Source of the DNA: Arcobacteraceae bacterium
GTDB lineage: Bacteria; Campylobacterota; Campylobacteria; Campylobacterales; Arcobacteraceae
DNA length: 64,000 nucleotides
Direction: 5' to 3'
Assembly: GCA_965224485.1 (NCBI GenBank)
Contig: CBDCZH010000010.1
Span: 128,001-192,000, forward strand
Shown in pieces: positions 10,521 to 20,700 of the stretch. Made by a program: the position numbers and the translations under genes. The notes beneath the pieces are model-generated. The model saw only the letters and a list, made by a program, of their open reading frames with translations. It was not told the DNA's origin and made no database searches. Numbering within the stretch: position 1 is the first letter of the stretch; each line of letters begins with the position of its first letter.

Positions 10521-11345
10521 CTAATAAGACTTCAAACCTAAAACAGAATCTACACCCTCATAAGAATAAACCTGATAATCCTCACTCTTGGATTTTATAG
10601 TATAAACAGCCATTCTATCAGCTAATTCATTACCTTCAATTCCAGCATGACCCTTAACATGTTTAATAGTAATATCATTTTTTAGTTCCTCATATAAAAA
10701 ATGAGCCTTTTTTATTAATTCCAAGTTTTTTATTTCACCACTTTTTTTAGTCCAACCTTTGCTTTTCCAGCTATAAGCCCAAGTAGAAATACAATCAATA
10801 CTATACTTTGAATCAGAAAGAATAGTATGAGAATTTCCTTTGTTTTCTTTGCAAATTAAAAGTGCTTTATATAAAGCATTTAATTCAGCTATATTATTTG
10901 TTCCTCTTTTTACATAATCCCCATAATATAAAACAGGTTTTGCATTTGAAGAGTAAACAGCAACACCACTTCCAGCTTCCCCTGGATTTCCAGAACAAGC
11001 CCCATCACAATATATACTTAAACTGCCACTACTTTGTGTTTCTTTTGTTGTAGTTTCTTTTTTTACTTCTTCAATTTTACTTTCTTCTTTTTTAGGATTT
11101 CTAAAAGCTGATAGTGTTTTATAATTTTCTATAATTTGTTTTTGTACTGCAATTGCTAACTTACCTTTTAAAAGAATCAAAAGGTTTGTATCTGTGGTAG
11201 TTAACTCTTTTTCAAGAATAAGACTATCCCAAGTATCTTCAAGAGGAAAAGATAAATTTAGTATTTTTGCTTGTGCTTTATTTAGTGTAAAATCATTTAG
11301 TATTAGTTCAAGATATTTTTCATCAATTTTCATATAATATTCCAT
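10521..11345 (-). CDS. rnhA: Ribonuclease HI with N-terminal extension
   Basis: IYCDGACSGNPG, TNNIAEL, SDSKY and HVKGHAGIEGNELADRMA motifs. Confidence 0.92.
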   Translation of the reverse strand: MEYYMKIDEKYLELILNDFTLNKAQAKILNLSFPLEDTWDSLILEKELTTTDTNLLILLKGKLAIAVQKQIIENYKTLSAFRNPKKEESKIEEVKKETTTKETQSSGSLSIYCDGACSGNPGEAGSGVAVYSSNAKPVLYYGDYVKRGTNNIAELNALYKALLICKENKGNSHTILSDSKYSIDCISTWAYSWKSKGWTKKSGEIKNLELIKKAHFLYEELKNDITIKHVKGHAGIEGNELADRMAVYTIKSKSEDYQVYSYEGVDSVLGLKSY

Positions 11346-11406
11346 ATTTTTAATGAAATTATATCAAAGTTTTATTAGTTTTAAATATAAATGAGTATTA
11401 AATTAG

Positions 11407-11435
11407 TTGACAATATGACAACAAAAAGATATACT
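11407..11435 (+). promoter_or_regulatory. Sigma70 promoter for higBA, probably leaderless
   Basis: TTGACA-17 bp-TATACT, with ATG at 11442 six bases later. Confidence 0.75.
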
Positions 11436-11441
11436 AAAAGT

Positions 11442-11741
11442 ATGAGAGTTATTTCAAAAAAAACATTAAAAGAATTTTATGAAAATCCTTTATATAAAGA
11501 TAGTAAAAATTCTTTAGAAGCCTGGCATAAAGAAGTAATAAATGCTAATTGGCTAAAACCAAATGATATAAAAATATATTATAAAAATGCAAGTGTTGTT
11601 GGTAATAATAGAATTGTATTTAATATACATGGTAATAAATATAGATTAATTGTAAAAATTAATTATTTTGCAAAAATTGTATTTATTAGATTTATAGGAA
11701 CTCATAAACAATATGATGAACTAGATGCAAGAGAGGTATAA
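11442..11741 (+). CDS. higB: HigB mRNA interferase toxin
   Basis: MRVISKKTL..W..P.DIK..NRIVFNIHGNKYRLIV..FIGTHKQYD. Confidence 0.88.
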   Translation: MRVISKKTLKEFYENPLYKDSKNSLEAWHKEVINANWLKPNDIKIYYKNASVVGNNRIVFNIHGNKYRLIVKINYFAKIVFIRFIGTHKQYDELDAREV

Positions 11742-11742
11742 A

Positions 11743-12108
11743 ATGAGTATAAAACCAATTAGAAGTAAGCAAGATTATGATAATACTTTAAATAGAATTG
11801 AAGAGCTTATGGATGCAGTTCCTAACTCTTGTGAATTTGATGAATTAGAAGTATTAACTATATTAGTAGAAGCTTATGAAGAAATATATTATAAAATAGA
11901 AGCACCAGATCCAGTAAGTGCAATTTTATTTAGAATGGAACAAGAAGGATTAAAACAAAAAGATTTAATTCCAATATTAGGTGATAAATCAATAGTATCA
12001 AAAATTTTAAATGGACAAAGAAAATTAACTACTAAAATGATAAAAAATTTACATACACAATTAAAAATACCTTTTGAAAGCTTATTTGGAAAATTATCTT
12101 ATTCTTAA
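11743..12108 (+). CDS. higA: HigA antitoxin
   Basis: IKPIRS..DY..ELEVL..LVEAYE..PDPV..MEQEGLKQKDL..VSKILNGQRKLT. Confidence 0.88.
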   Translation: MSIKPIRSKQDYDNTLNRIEELMDAVPNSCEFDELEVLTILVEAYEEIYYKIEAPDPVSAILFRMEQEGLKQKDLIPILGDKSIVSKILNGQRKLTTKMIKNLHTQLKIPFESLFGKLSYS

Positions 12109-12253
12109 AAGATTAGTATTCTGATACTGTTATTATGCTAATTATATAAATAAATGATAAATTCAACCTCATGGGTTTAATTTTAAAAAAGAATAGATTA
12201 CCAAAAGTTAAAAGTAATATTAATCAGACCAATAAAGAGTCTAAATCATAAAA

Positions 12254-12316
12254 TGACACGATTACAAGTTTTAATCGGCTCATATTATGATACGATTATA
12301 GTAATTATTCGTCTCA
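12254..12316 (+). promoter_or_regulatory. Tandem palindromic operators upstream of the Fic gene
   Basis: TGACACGATTA-N7-TAATCGGCTCA and TGATACGATTA-N7-TATTCGTCTCA, 34 bp apart. Confidence 0.55.
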
Positions 12317-12326
12317 AAGGTTAAAT

Positions 12327-13472
12327 ATGAAAGAAGAAATCATAAAATGGATATGGCAACATCAAGACTATCCAAATTTTAAATATGACAAAACAAAATT
12401 AACTAACATAATTAGTCAAATAGATTATACAATAGGGATACTTGATGGTATATCAAAACTTTTTAGTGAAGATGATATCGTTAATATTGAGATTGAAACC
12501 TTAACCGATGAAGCTATTAACACATCTTTAATAGAGGGAGAAGTATTTAAAAGGGAAAGTGTTCAATTCTCTTTTAGAAAGAAACTAGATAAAGATTTTG
12601 ATGCAAGTAATGATAAATACTCAACTAGGATAACGGATAATCTTGTAGAGATTCTTATTGATTCAAATTTAAATAAAGGAAACTTAAATTTAGATAGATT
12701 ACATTCTTGGCATAATTGTCTTTTTGAACATTCTTTATATAACAAATTAAATAGGATTGATATCGCAAAATTTAGAAGTAATAGTGATATGAAAGTAATT
12801 TCAGGTGCAATAGGACATGAAAAAATTCATTATAAGGCAGTAGACGAAGAAAAAATTGATACTGATATTGAAAGTTTTTTAAATTATTGTAATGAAAGTG
12901 ATGAAAATATCTATATAAAATCTGCAATTGCACATATTTGGTTTGTAATTATCCATCCTTATGATGATGGTAATGGTAGAATTGCAAGAGCTGTTACTGA
13001 TTATATACTATCTGGAAATACTTCAAGTACCAAGTTTAAGCTTTATTCTATATCTACAGCTATTAATAGTGATAGAAAAGGTTATTATGATATTTTAGAT
13101 AATACTACTAATTTATTTTTAAATAGAGACTTTGATTTAACACCTTGGCTTGAGTGGCACTTAATGATATTAAATACAGCTATTCAACAATCATTAAAAA
13201 ATATTGAATATTTGGTTCAAAAAACAAAGTTTTGGAATATACATAGAAAACATGCATTAAATGAAAGACAAATCAAAGTATTAAATAAAATACTAGATAT
13301 TGGTGTTGAAAATTTTGAAGGTGTATTAAATACAAAAAAATATATGTCTATTACAAAAGTTAGTAAAGCAACAGCCGTAAGAGATATTTCTTCACTTTTA
13401 GAACTAGGTTGTATAGAACAAGTTGAAGGTTCAGCAGGTAGAAATGTGAAGTATCTTGTTAAAGTTATATAA
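12327..13472 (+). CDS. Fic family protein (DUF4172 N-terminus, C-terminal wHTH)
   Basis: WIWQHQDYPNF; Fic motif HPYDDGNGRIAR; SKATAVRDI HTH. Confidence 0.9.
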   Translation: MKEEIIKWIWQHQDYPNFKYDKTKLTNIISQIDYTIGILDGISKLFSEDDIVNIEIETLTDEAINTSLIEGEVFKRESVQFSFRKKLDKDFDASNDKYSTRITDNLVEILIDSNLNKGNLNLDRLHSWHNCLFEHSLYNKLNRIDIAKFRSNSDMKVISGAIGHEKIHYKAVDEEKIDTDIESFLNYCNESDENIYIKSAIAHIWFVIIHPYDDGNGRIARAVTDYILSGNTSSTKFKLYSISTAINSDRKGYYDILDNTTNLFLNRDFDLTPWLEWHLMILNTAIQQSLKNIEYLVQKTKFWNIHRKHALNERQIKVLNKILDIGVENFEGVLNTKKYMSITKVSKATAVRDISSLLELGCIEQVEGSAGRNVKYLVKVI

Positions 13473-13546
13473 ATATAAGCATATATATTTTAAAAATGTT
13501 TTTGATTTAATTGAATGATATAGCCTATTGAGAGTCTAAGCTAAAG

Positions 13547-13575
13547 TGGTGCACCTGAGAAGATTTGAACTTCCA
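13547..13575. repeat. att site: copy of the tRNA-Leu 3' end
   Basis: TGGTGCACCTGAGAAGATTTGAACTTCCA identical to 38588-38616. Confidence 0.95.
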
Positions 13576-13710
13576 AGTCCACACTAAAAATTTACAACAC
13601 ACTCGATATATAGGTATTTGTGTTATCACTAACCTTAAACTAATATTAGTTTTTAAGCTATTATCATGTAAAATTCATGTTATAAAAATCAATGTTAAAA
13701 AGGCTTGATA

Positions 13711-15546
13711 GTGAATCATGTAAAAAAAGAAGTTCAATTACAAATACAGACGAGATATAATAAAAATTTTACAGTGTTTTTTACACAACTATATGTTCCA
13801 ACGACAAAAGAAAAACGAGGTAATACATATAATGTAATTTTAGGTCGTTCAAATAATGAATTTACAAAAGAAAAAGCATTATTGAAAATGAATTATCTTA
13901 ATGAAGAAATTAATAAAGGTAATTATGATTATAAAAATATTTTATTACAATATGAATCTACAAAAAATCATGAAAAGCCAAATAAAAATGGTTTAACTTT
14001 AGAAGAAATTGGTGAATTATATTTTACTAGATATTTAGACACAATTAAAAATTCTTTCTTCATTGAATATATTAATAGATTTGATTTTAAAGAATTAGAT
14101 GATGTTCTTACAAATCAATTATTCATTAATAAAATGAAATCATCAAGAACTTATTGTAATTACTTTAAAAATCATGTAGTAGTGAAAGAATGGATTTTAG
14201 AGCAACACTATACTAAACGAGATAATAAACCCAAAAAGAAATTAACAAAAATCGGTATCAAATCAAAAACAGATTTATCCCAAATGTTAATTAATGATAT
14301 AGATGAAAATCAATTAGACGATTGGATTCAAAAAATTAAAAATAAAACAAATATTGGTGAAAAAAGTAAGTTCAATATTATCACACAATTGAAAGGTATT
14401 TTTAGTTTTGCAAAGAAAAAAAAATATTTATTAGATAATCCTTTTCAATATATAGAAATAGCAAGATTACAAAGAAATCCAAAAAATGTACGAGAAAAAA
14501 CTTTATCAATAAAAGAATCAAAAGTCATATTTGGAAAGTTTTACGAAAAAAAAGGGTTAAATTCTTTTCATGCTTCTTTATTAGGTCTTTGTACGGGTTC
14601 ACGTGTTGAAGGTATATTAAATATCAGAAAGTCGGACTTTAGGCTAAATTATGACATTGAACGTTTCGAACCTAGATATTATACTATTCAACTTTTTAAT
14701 TTTAAAACAAGGAAAAAATATGAAGTTCCCTTACCAACAAATGTAGGTGAATATTTCTTTTTATTACTTCATAAAGACTATAAAGATAATGAATATATCT
14801 TACGTGCAATAAATCCTAAACAAAGAAAAATTAAATCATTTGCTGAATTACCAAAAGATTTTAAAGATATATGTAATCAGTATCTTAATGCTACAGCCGA
14901 AATGAAAATTTATTATGATTTTATAGAAGACGATAAAGAAACTATTGAACAAATTGAATGTGCAAGTGCATTTTTAGAAGAATCACACATGGGACAACAA
15001 ATACTTATTAAAAGAAAAGAAGTAATTAAGTTTAATAAAGAAAAAATTAATGAACTAAGATTAGATTACTTAAGTTTAAAGAACCATGATAATTATCTTA
15101 AAACAAATTTTAGCTTTCATAACTTTAGACACACACTCGCAACAGAATTAACAAAAACATCACCTTTTATTGCAACAAAATTTTTAAATCATAGTGCTGA
15201 TAAATTAAATATGTCACAACAAACATTTGAATATGCAAAAGCAGATATGGAATCAATGAAATTAGTGGTAGACGTTACATTAGAAAAATTCTTAACATTC
15301 TTAGACATAAAAGTTAAACATTTAAAAGAAGAATTAAAAGAATCACCTTTTGATATTGAACGAAAATTATTTTATAAGAATAAAGGCGAATATTCCTCAA
15401 TGGATAGAACACAAGAAATAATTAAAACAAAAAAAATTAATATGTTTGAAGTTGTAAAAGGTGAAGCAGAATTTTTAGAATTAGTAAACAGTTTAAAAAG
15501 TGATGATGAAAAATTTAAAGAATTGTTAGAGTTAGAAAATATATAA
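13711..15546 (+). CDS. Tyrosine recombinase/integrase (likely GTG start)
   Basis: R in TGSRVEGIL, K in FNFKTR, HxxR in FHNFRH, H in FLNHS, Y in TFEYA; adjacent to att. Confidence 0.9.
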   Translation: MNHVKKEVQLQIQTRYNKNFTVFFTQLYVPTTKEKRGNTYNVILGRSNNEFTKEKALLKMNYLNEEINKGNYDYKNILLQYESTKNHEKPNKNGLTLEEIGELYFTRYLDTIKNSFFIEYINRFDFKELDDVLTNQLFINKMKSSRTYCNYFKNHVVVKEWILEQHYTKRDNKPKKKLTKIGIKSKTDLSQMLINDIDENQLDDWIQKIKNKTNIGEKSKFNIITQLKGIFSFAKKKKYLLDNPFQYIEIARLQRNPKNVREKTLSIKESKVIFGKFYEKKGLNSFHASLLGLCTGSRVEGILNIRKSDFRLNYDIERFEPRYYTIQLFNFKTRKKYEVPLPTNVGEYFFLLLHKDYKDNEYILRAINPKQRKIKSFAELPKDFKDICNQYLNATAEMKIYYDFIEDDKETIEQIECASAFLEESHMGQQILIKRKEVIKFNKEKINELRLDYLSLKNHDNYLKTNFSFHNFRHTLATELTKTSPFIATKFLNHSADKLNMSQQTFEYAKADMESMKLVVDVTLEKFLTFLDIKVKHLKEELKESPFDIERKLFYKNKGEYSSMDRTQEIIKTKKINMFEVVKGEAEFLELVNSLKSDDEKFKELLELENI

Positions 15547-15610
15547 GTAGCATACATAAGTATTTTTAATAATATATTAAGATATGTAATGCTACTATCT
15601 TTTAGTTTAA

Positions 15611-15838
15611 TTATTTGTTATCACTATTTTTAATAAATTCTTGAACTGCTTGACGTAATATATAAGAATTAGTTCTATTTTCAATCTTAGCTATTCTAGT
15701 TATATCTTCAAGCTCGTTTTTATTTATATAAGAAACAATTCTTTCAGATGCTTTTTCATCATCATTTAAAGATTTCTTTCTACCTTGTGTTTTTCTAATA
15801 GAACCATCTTTATTTAAAACTATATCTTCTTTCTTCAT
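15611..15838 (-). CDS. CopG/ribbon-helix-helix regulator
   Basis: ERIVSYI beta strand followed by LEDITRIAKIENRTNSYILRQAVQEFI. Confidence 0.7.
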   Translation of the reverse strand: MKKEDIVLNKDGSIRKTQGRKKSLNDDEKASERIVSYINKNELEDITRIAKIENRTNSYILRQAVQEFIKNSDNK

Positions 15839-15988
15839 CTATTTCCTTTTCATAAAATTAACCTTTCATTATAACATACTGTTCTTTTTAATAATATTTA
15901 ATGATTCTTAATATTTAATAGACATTCTTAAGCATTAACTGTGCTACTTAATGATAATATATGCTATAAAACAAAAAGGCTGAATTAT

Positions 15989-16111
15989 ATGAAACAATTA
16001 TCTTTCATGATATCTATACTGATTTCTACTTATTCAATTTCAAGTGCTTTTATTATAGATAAACAAGAACTTAAAAAACAAGTACAAAAAATAACAAAGG
16101 TTGATGAATGA
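15989..16111 (+). CDS. 40-aa small protein with hydrophobic N-terminus
   Basis: AAAGG RBS; MKQLSFMISILISTYSISSAF...; not in the ORF track. Confidence 0.4.
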   Translation: MKQLSFMISILISTYSISSAFIIDKQELKKQVQKITKVDE

Positions 16112-16225
16112 TTTCTTTTATTTTAACAACAACAATAGACATATTAGTAGAATCAACAATTATGATTTTAACAATACCCTTAATCCCATTTCAATGTTAA
16201 CAAAAAATCAAAATAAAGGCATAAA

Positions 16226-16984
16226 ATGACTAAAAAAACACTAATAACTATATTAACTATATCATCACTATTCATAGCTTGTGGGGCTGATAGTAAAGTT
16301 AAAGTTAAAAATACAGATGATTTAAAAAGTACCTCTTATAAGTTTCAGAATTCGTTTGAACAGATTAATAATTTAACTATTAAAGATGATAAAAGTTGGA
16401 GTATAGAAAGCATTAAAGGTAATAAAGTAACCCTTATTAATAATGAATTAATCTATTATAAAAATGATAATGTTTTTCTCAAATCAAAAATCGTAACTGA
16501 TTTCGAGGGTATCATAAAACAATCTTTATCTGAATACAACGGTAGACGTGTCAGTACAGTAAATATTTTGATGAGTAATAATATCACTAAAGATATCTGT
16601 GATAATAATTTTGCTACTCAAAGCGCACGAGATTATTTATTTTTTAATCAAGATGAAATATTTTGTTTTAATAATTTAGATGGAGCAATTAAGCAATATT
16701 ATTTAGACAGATTTAAATCCATTGCTTTAATAAAAAAATATAATTTACTTGGAAAATGGCAAGATAAAAATAAAAATATTTGGAATTTTAACGAAAAAGG
16801 AGCTTGGTCTAGTTCTCTTTTTAACAAAACTGAATCAATGAAAGGAACTCTAATAATTAAAGAAAGAAATATCTTAAATTTAAAAATGGGTAGTAATAAA
16901 TCATTAAAACTTTCACTTCCAATTACTCAGAAAAATGGATGCATATTATTCAAATCACATAATATACTACTCTGCAAAATCTAA
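16226..16984 (+). CDS. Putative lipoprotein
   Basis: Signal peptide with lipobox FIAC. Confidence 0.65.
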   Translation: MTKKTLITILTISSLFIACGADSKVKVKNTDDLKSTSYKFQNSFEQINNLTIKDDKSWSIESIKGNKVTLINNELIYYKNDNVFLKSKIVTDFEGIIKQSLSEYNGRRVSTVNILMSNNITKDICDNNFATQSARDYLFFNQDEIFCFNNLDGAIKQYYLDRFKSIALIKKYNLLGKWQDKNKNIWNFNEKGAWSSSLFNKTESMKGTLIIKERNILNLKMGSNKSLKLSLPITQKNGCILFKSHNILLCKI

Positions 16985-17303
16985 ATGAAAACGTTAATAA
17001 ATTACTATAAAAAATCTTCAAAACGTAATTTATTAACTCTTCTTCTCTTAATACAAATAATCTCAATACTGCTACTCTTATACATATAACTCATAAACTA
17101 TAACTTATCTACTATATCAATATTTATCTCTTTAAGCTATCTTAAAATCACTTTAAACACTATTCTCTTATTAAACTCGAATAACATTAATCCAATAAAT
17201 AAAATTAAAATTTCATAACTCAATTACTATAAGCATTAATAATGCTACAAATTTAAATCAAAAAAACAAAAAACTTATTATAATAAAAATAAAAGGATAT
17301 CAC

Positions 17304-17579
17304 ATGCAAAATCAAGAAGAAGAAATAACAATATTAAAAAAGAATCATGACGTATTAAATCAAATAAAAACATATTACTATAAAGAGATTCAAGATTATA
17401 AAAATTATGAATTATCAAAAACAAATATTAAAGATTTACGTCAAAAACTGACGCTAGAAAAAAAAGAAGGGTTCACTCATAAACTTAGAACAATCTCACT
17501 TTACACACAAGAAAAAGACCATCTTTTAAAACTTTATATCTCAAAACTTTACTTAGAAAATTTTCCTAAAAACTCTTAA
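17304..17579 (+). CDS. Hypothetical protein
   Basis: AAAGGA RBS; 91 aa. Confidence 0.55.
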   Translation: MQNQEEEITILKKNHDVLNQIKTYYYKEIQDYKNYELSKTNIKDLRQKLTLEKKEGFTHKLRTISLYTQEKDHLLKLYISKLYLENFPKNS

Positions 17580-17708
17580 AATAATTGGCATATTTTCATT
17601 AGAAAAAATATGTCTTAGTCCGTAAATTAATCTACATTTAACAATTTAAACGTCTGTAAGGACTATTCTAAGGAACTAAACTATAATCATGCTAAAAAGA
17701 ATAAGTTT

Positions 17709-20700
17709 CTACTTAAAAACATCATCACAAATTTTATACATTATTCCTATCTCGTAATCAAGTGCATTTTCTGTAAGTTTAGCTTTATTTCTACATTCTT
17801 CATTTTTTAACATAATTGGAATTCTTTTTTTATTGATTTTTTTTGCTTCATGTAAAATTAAAAGTTTTGTGTGGATTTCTTTTCGTTTTTGTGCCTTTTT
17901 ATCTTTAATACTAGTAGTATATTCATTAATTAGATTATTGATTTTATTTACTGTGATATTGATGTTTTCAGTTTTTGAGTTATCAATACTAATGGTTATA
18001 TTTCCATTATTATTTCCATTTAATACAACTCCTGTGTTATTATTTGATGGTGAATCTGATGGAATAAAATTAAATGCTACTCCAATTATTGTTGCTAAAG
18101 CCGCAACTATAGTTACTTTTTTAAACATAGACATATCATTCCATTTACTATTATTATTCTTTTTTTTCAATTTTTCATCCTTATCAAATATCTCCTTGTA
18201 ATAACTATTAAGTCGTATTTTATCTTTTTGTTGCTGGTTATATGCACTGTCTAATGTAAATTTTGCAATATCTGATAGTTTTGAATTGTTATTTTTACTT
18301 AAATTTTTTAGTAAATTTATATATTGGCTAGTTTCTCCAAAGATTGTCCAAAGATTATTAAAAAAACTACTCATATTACTATATGCAGAATATTTAATTA
18401 AACCATTTTCATGTTCGTATTCTTTAAAAAATTCATAATAATCATTTATAATTATAATTAAGAAATCTTGATTAAATTCTTCAATAGTATTTGTATTTGT
18501 ATTTTTAATTGACAAAATAAGATTAATTAGTAAATTGATTTTTTTTGGACTAATTAATGGATTATTATATTTATGTTCATGATTTTTTTCTTTTTTGAAG
18601 AAACTTTTAATGGTTAGATAGCAAGATTTTTTTATGTACTTCTTTTCTTTTATATATAATTTCATATAATTATCAATTGTATTTTGCGTATCCATTGTTA
18701 ATAAAGATGTTAAATATTCAGATGAACTATAATCATCTTTAATCATAAGATTTTGAATGAAATCATAATTACTATTATTTAACTTTAGAATATTTAAAAG
18801 ATTAACTAATTCATAGGATTCTATTATGATAAAAACATTCGAGTCAAAAGTTAGTATTAACTGAATTAGTTTATATAATTTTTGACTATTAAACTTATTT
18901 AATTTTTCTATAATAGTTATAAAATTTTGAAAATTAATTATCTTTTTATTTTTACTTTGTTCCAATGAAAGACTTATTGTTTCAATAAATAATTCAATAA
19001 AGTAATCAAAATGATTTTCAACTAAATTAATAAAAAAAGCTTCATCCATTTTTGAATATCTAAATACATGCCAAAATAGTTTTTCAAAATTTTCACTTGA
19101 ATTTATATATTGTAATAAATCATGTGTAGTAATATTTTTAAAAAATAGAATATATAATGGTGTTAAATTTAATGTCATAGAAGTAGAATTAACATCATCT
19201 TTAAGTTTTAAATAGCTTGTGTCATTATTGAAGTCTTGAAGAATAAATTTAAAAAACTTAGATTTTTTATCATCCTTAAATAATATATCAATTTTTCCTT
19301 CATTTTCTTCTCTATATAATTCTTCACAATAAAAAACATTGTAAAAATCTTGTTTAGTTGTTAATGATTGTAAGCTATTTTCACATAAATTAGCTTTATT
19401 TTGTTTTTGTTGTTTTCTACTTTGGTAGTTTTCATATTTTTCTACTTCTTTTTGAACATCATTTTCATGTTTCTTTTGTTGTTCTTTTTGTTTTTCCCAG
19501 AGCTTATTCATATATATTTCAAAATCATTATTTACCATTAGATATTTGTTAATACTTTCATTTAACCTCAAACGTACATAGTATTTAACATATTTTTTTA
19601 TAGGATATATTTTAGAAACTTTTTTTATATCCTTTAGCGAGGGTTGAAGTAATGGCATTAAATCACTTGCTCTATGCTCATTATCAATATCTAATTGAAA
19701 ATAAAATTCCCAAAAATTATCTGAAATTCTTTCAAAATCAAAGGGCATATCTTCTATATCGTGGCTAACTATATATAGGTAAATTTTCGGTTTGGACAAA
19801 TAGTCAAAAATTAAACTAATTACTTCTTTTGAGTTATAGTGAAGTAATAATCCATATATAGCCCAAAGACTGATTTTATTATTCACTTCTTTAGTCTTTA
19901 TATACTCAAACCATTTTAAACTATCTTCTTGTTTTAAATATGGCACTATGTATTTCAAATCTCTATATGGAATGGAGTTTAATAATGGCAATAGTTCTTC
20001 AAAATCATAGTCTGTGTAATTACAACTTACATCTTTTTTTCTTCCATATCTATTCGTGTATGTGATTCCATAAATAGATTCAAAAAGTTTTGTTTCAAAA
20101 TTAAGCATTGAGATATTTTCTATATTTGTATTTAATAAATGATTCTTTTTTATAAAATCGTATAATCTAGTACTTATATTATAGTTATCAACAAACGAAT
20201 ATTCAAGAAGCTTTCTAGTTTTTATGTTTCCTTTTATTTCATTTTCAGATATTCTATCTTCGTCAGTAAATACCTTTTTTTCTTGATTTTTTGGCAATTG
20301 GTTATACTTATCTAAAATTTCAAATATTTCATTTTCTAATTCAACAGTGTAATTGTAGTTTAAAAGTTTTATTAGGTAAGGAAATAACACATTATCAACA
20401 TTGTTTATATCAACTTTATCTCGTACTATAAGGTGAATATCTTTTAACATTTTAAAATTTAGAAGTGAATTATTATTAAAATATTTCCATTTTCCATAAA
20501 TAATTGACTTTTCATGTTGTAAATTATATAGCATCGTAGATAATAGTTTCTCTTGTTGCTCTTTATTTAAGTTAGGATGTCTTTTAAAAATCAAAGGGTC
20601 AAATTTCACAATATCATTAAAAAAATCACTTTTAAAATTTGTTAGGTAAACAATTACTTCTTCGAATGCTTCATAAAATTTCATTTCATGAGAAAATAAT

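Noticed and set aside
7570..11345. Retron system (structured ncDNA + ATPase + RNase H)
   Set aside because: No reverse transcriptase (YADD-type motif) in the window; rnhA looks like the host gene in the opposite orientation
13547..13575. Second tRNA gene
   Set aside because: Only the T-arm and 3' acceptor strand are present; this is the att duplication
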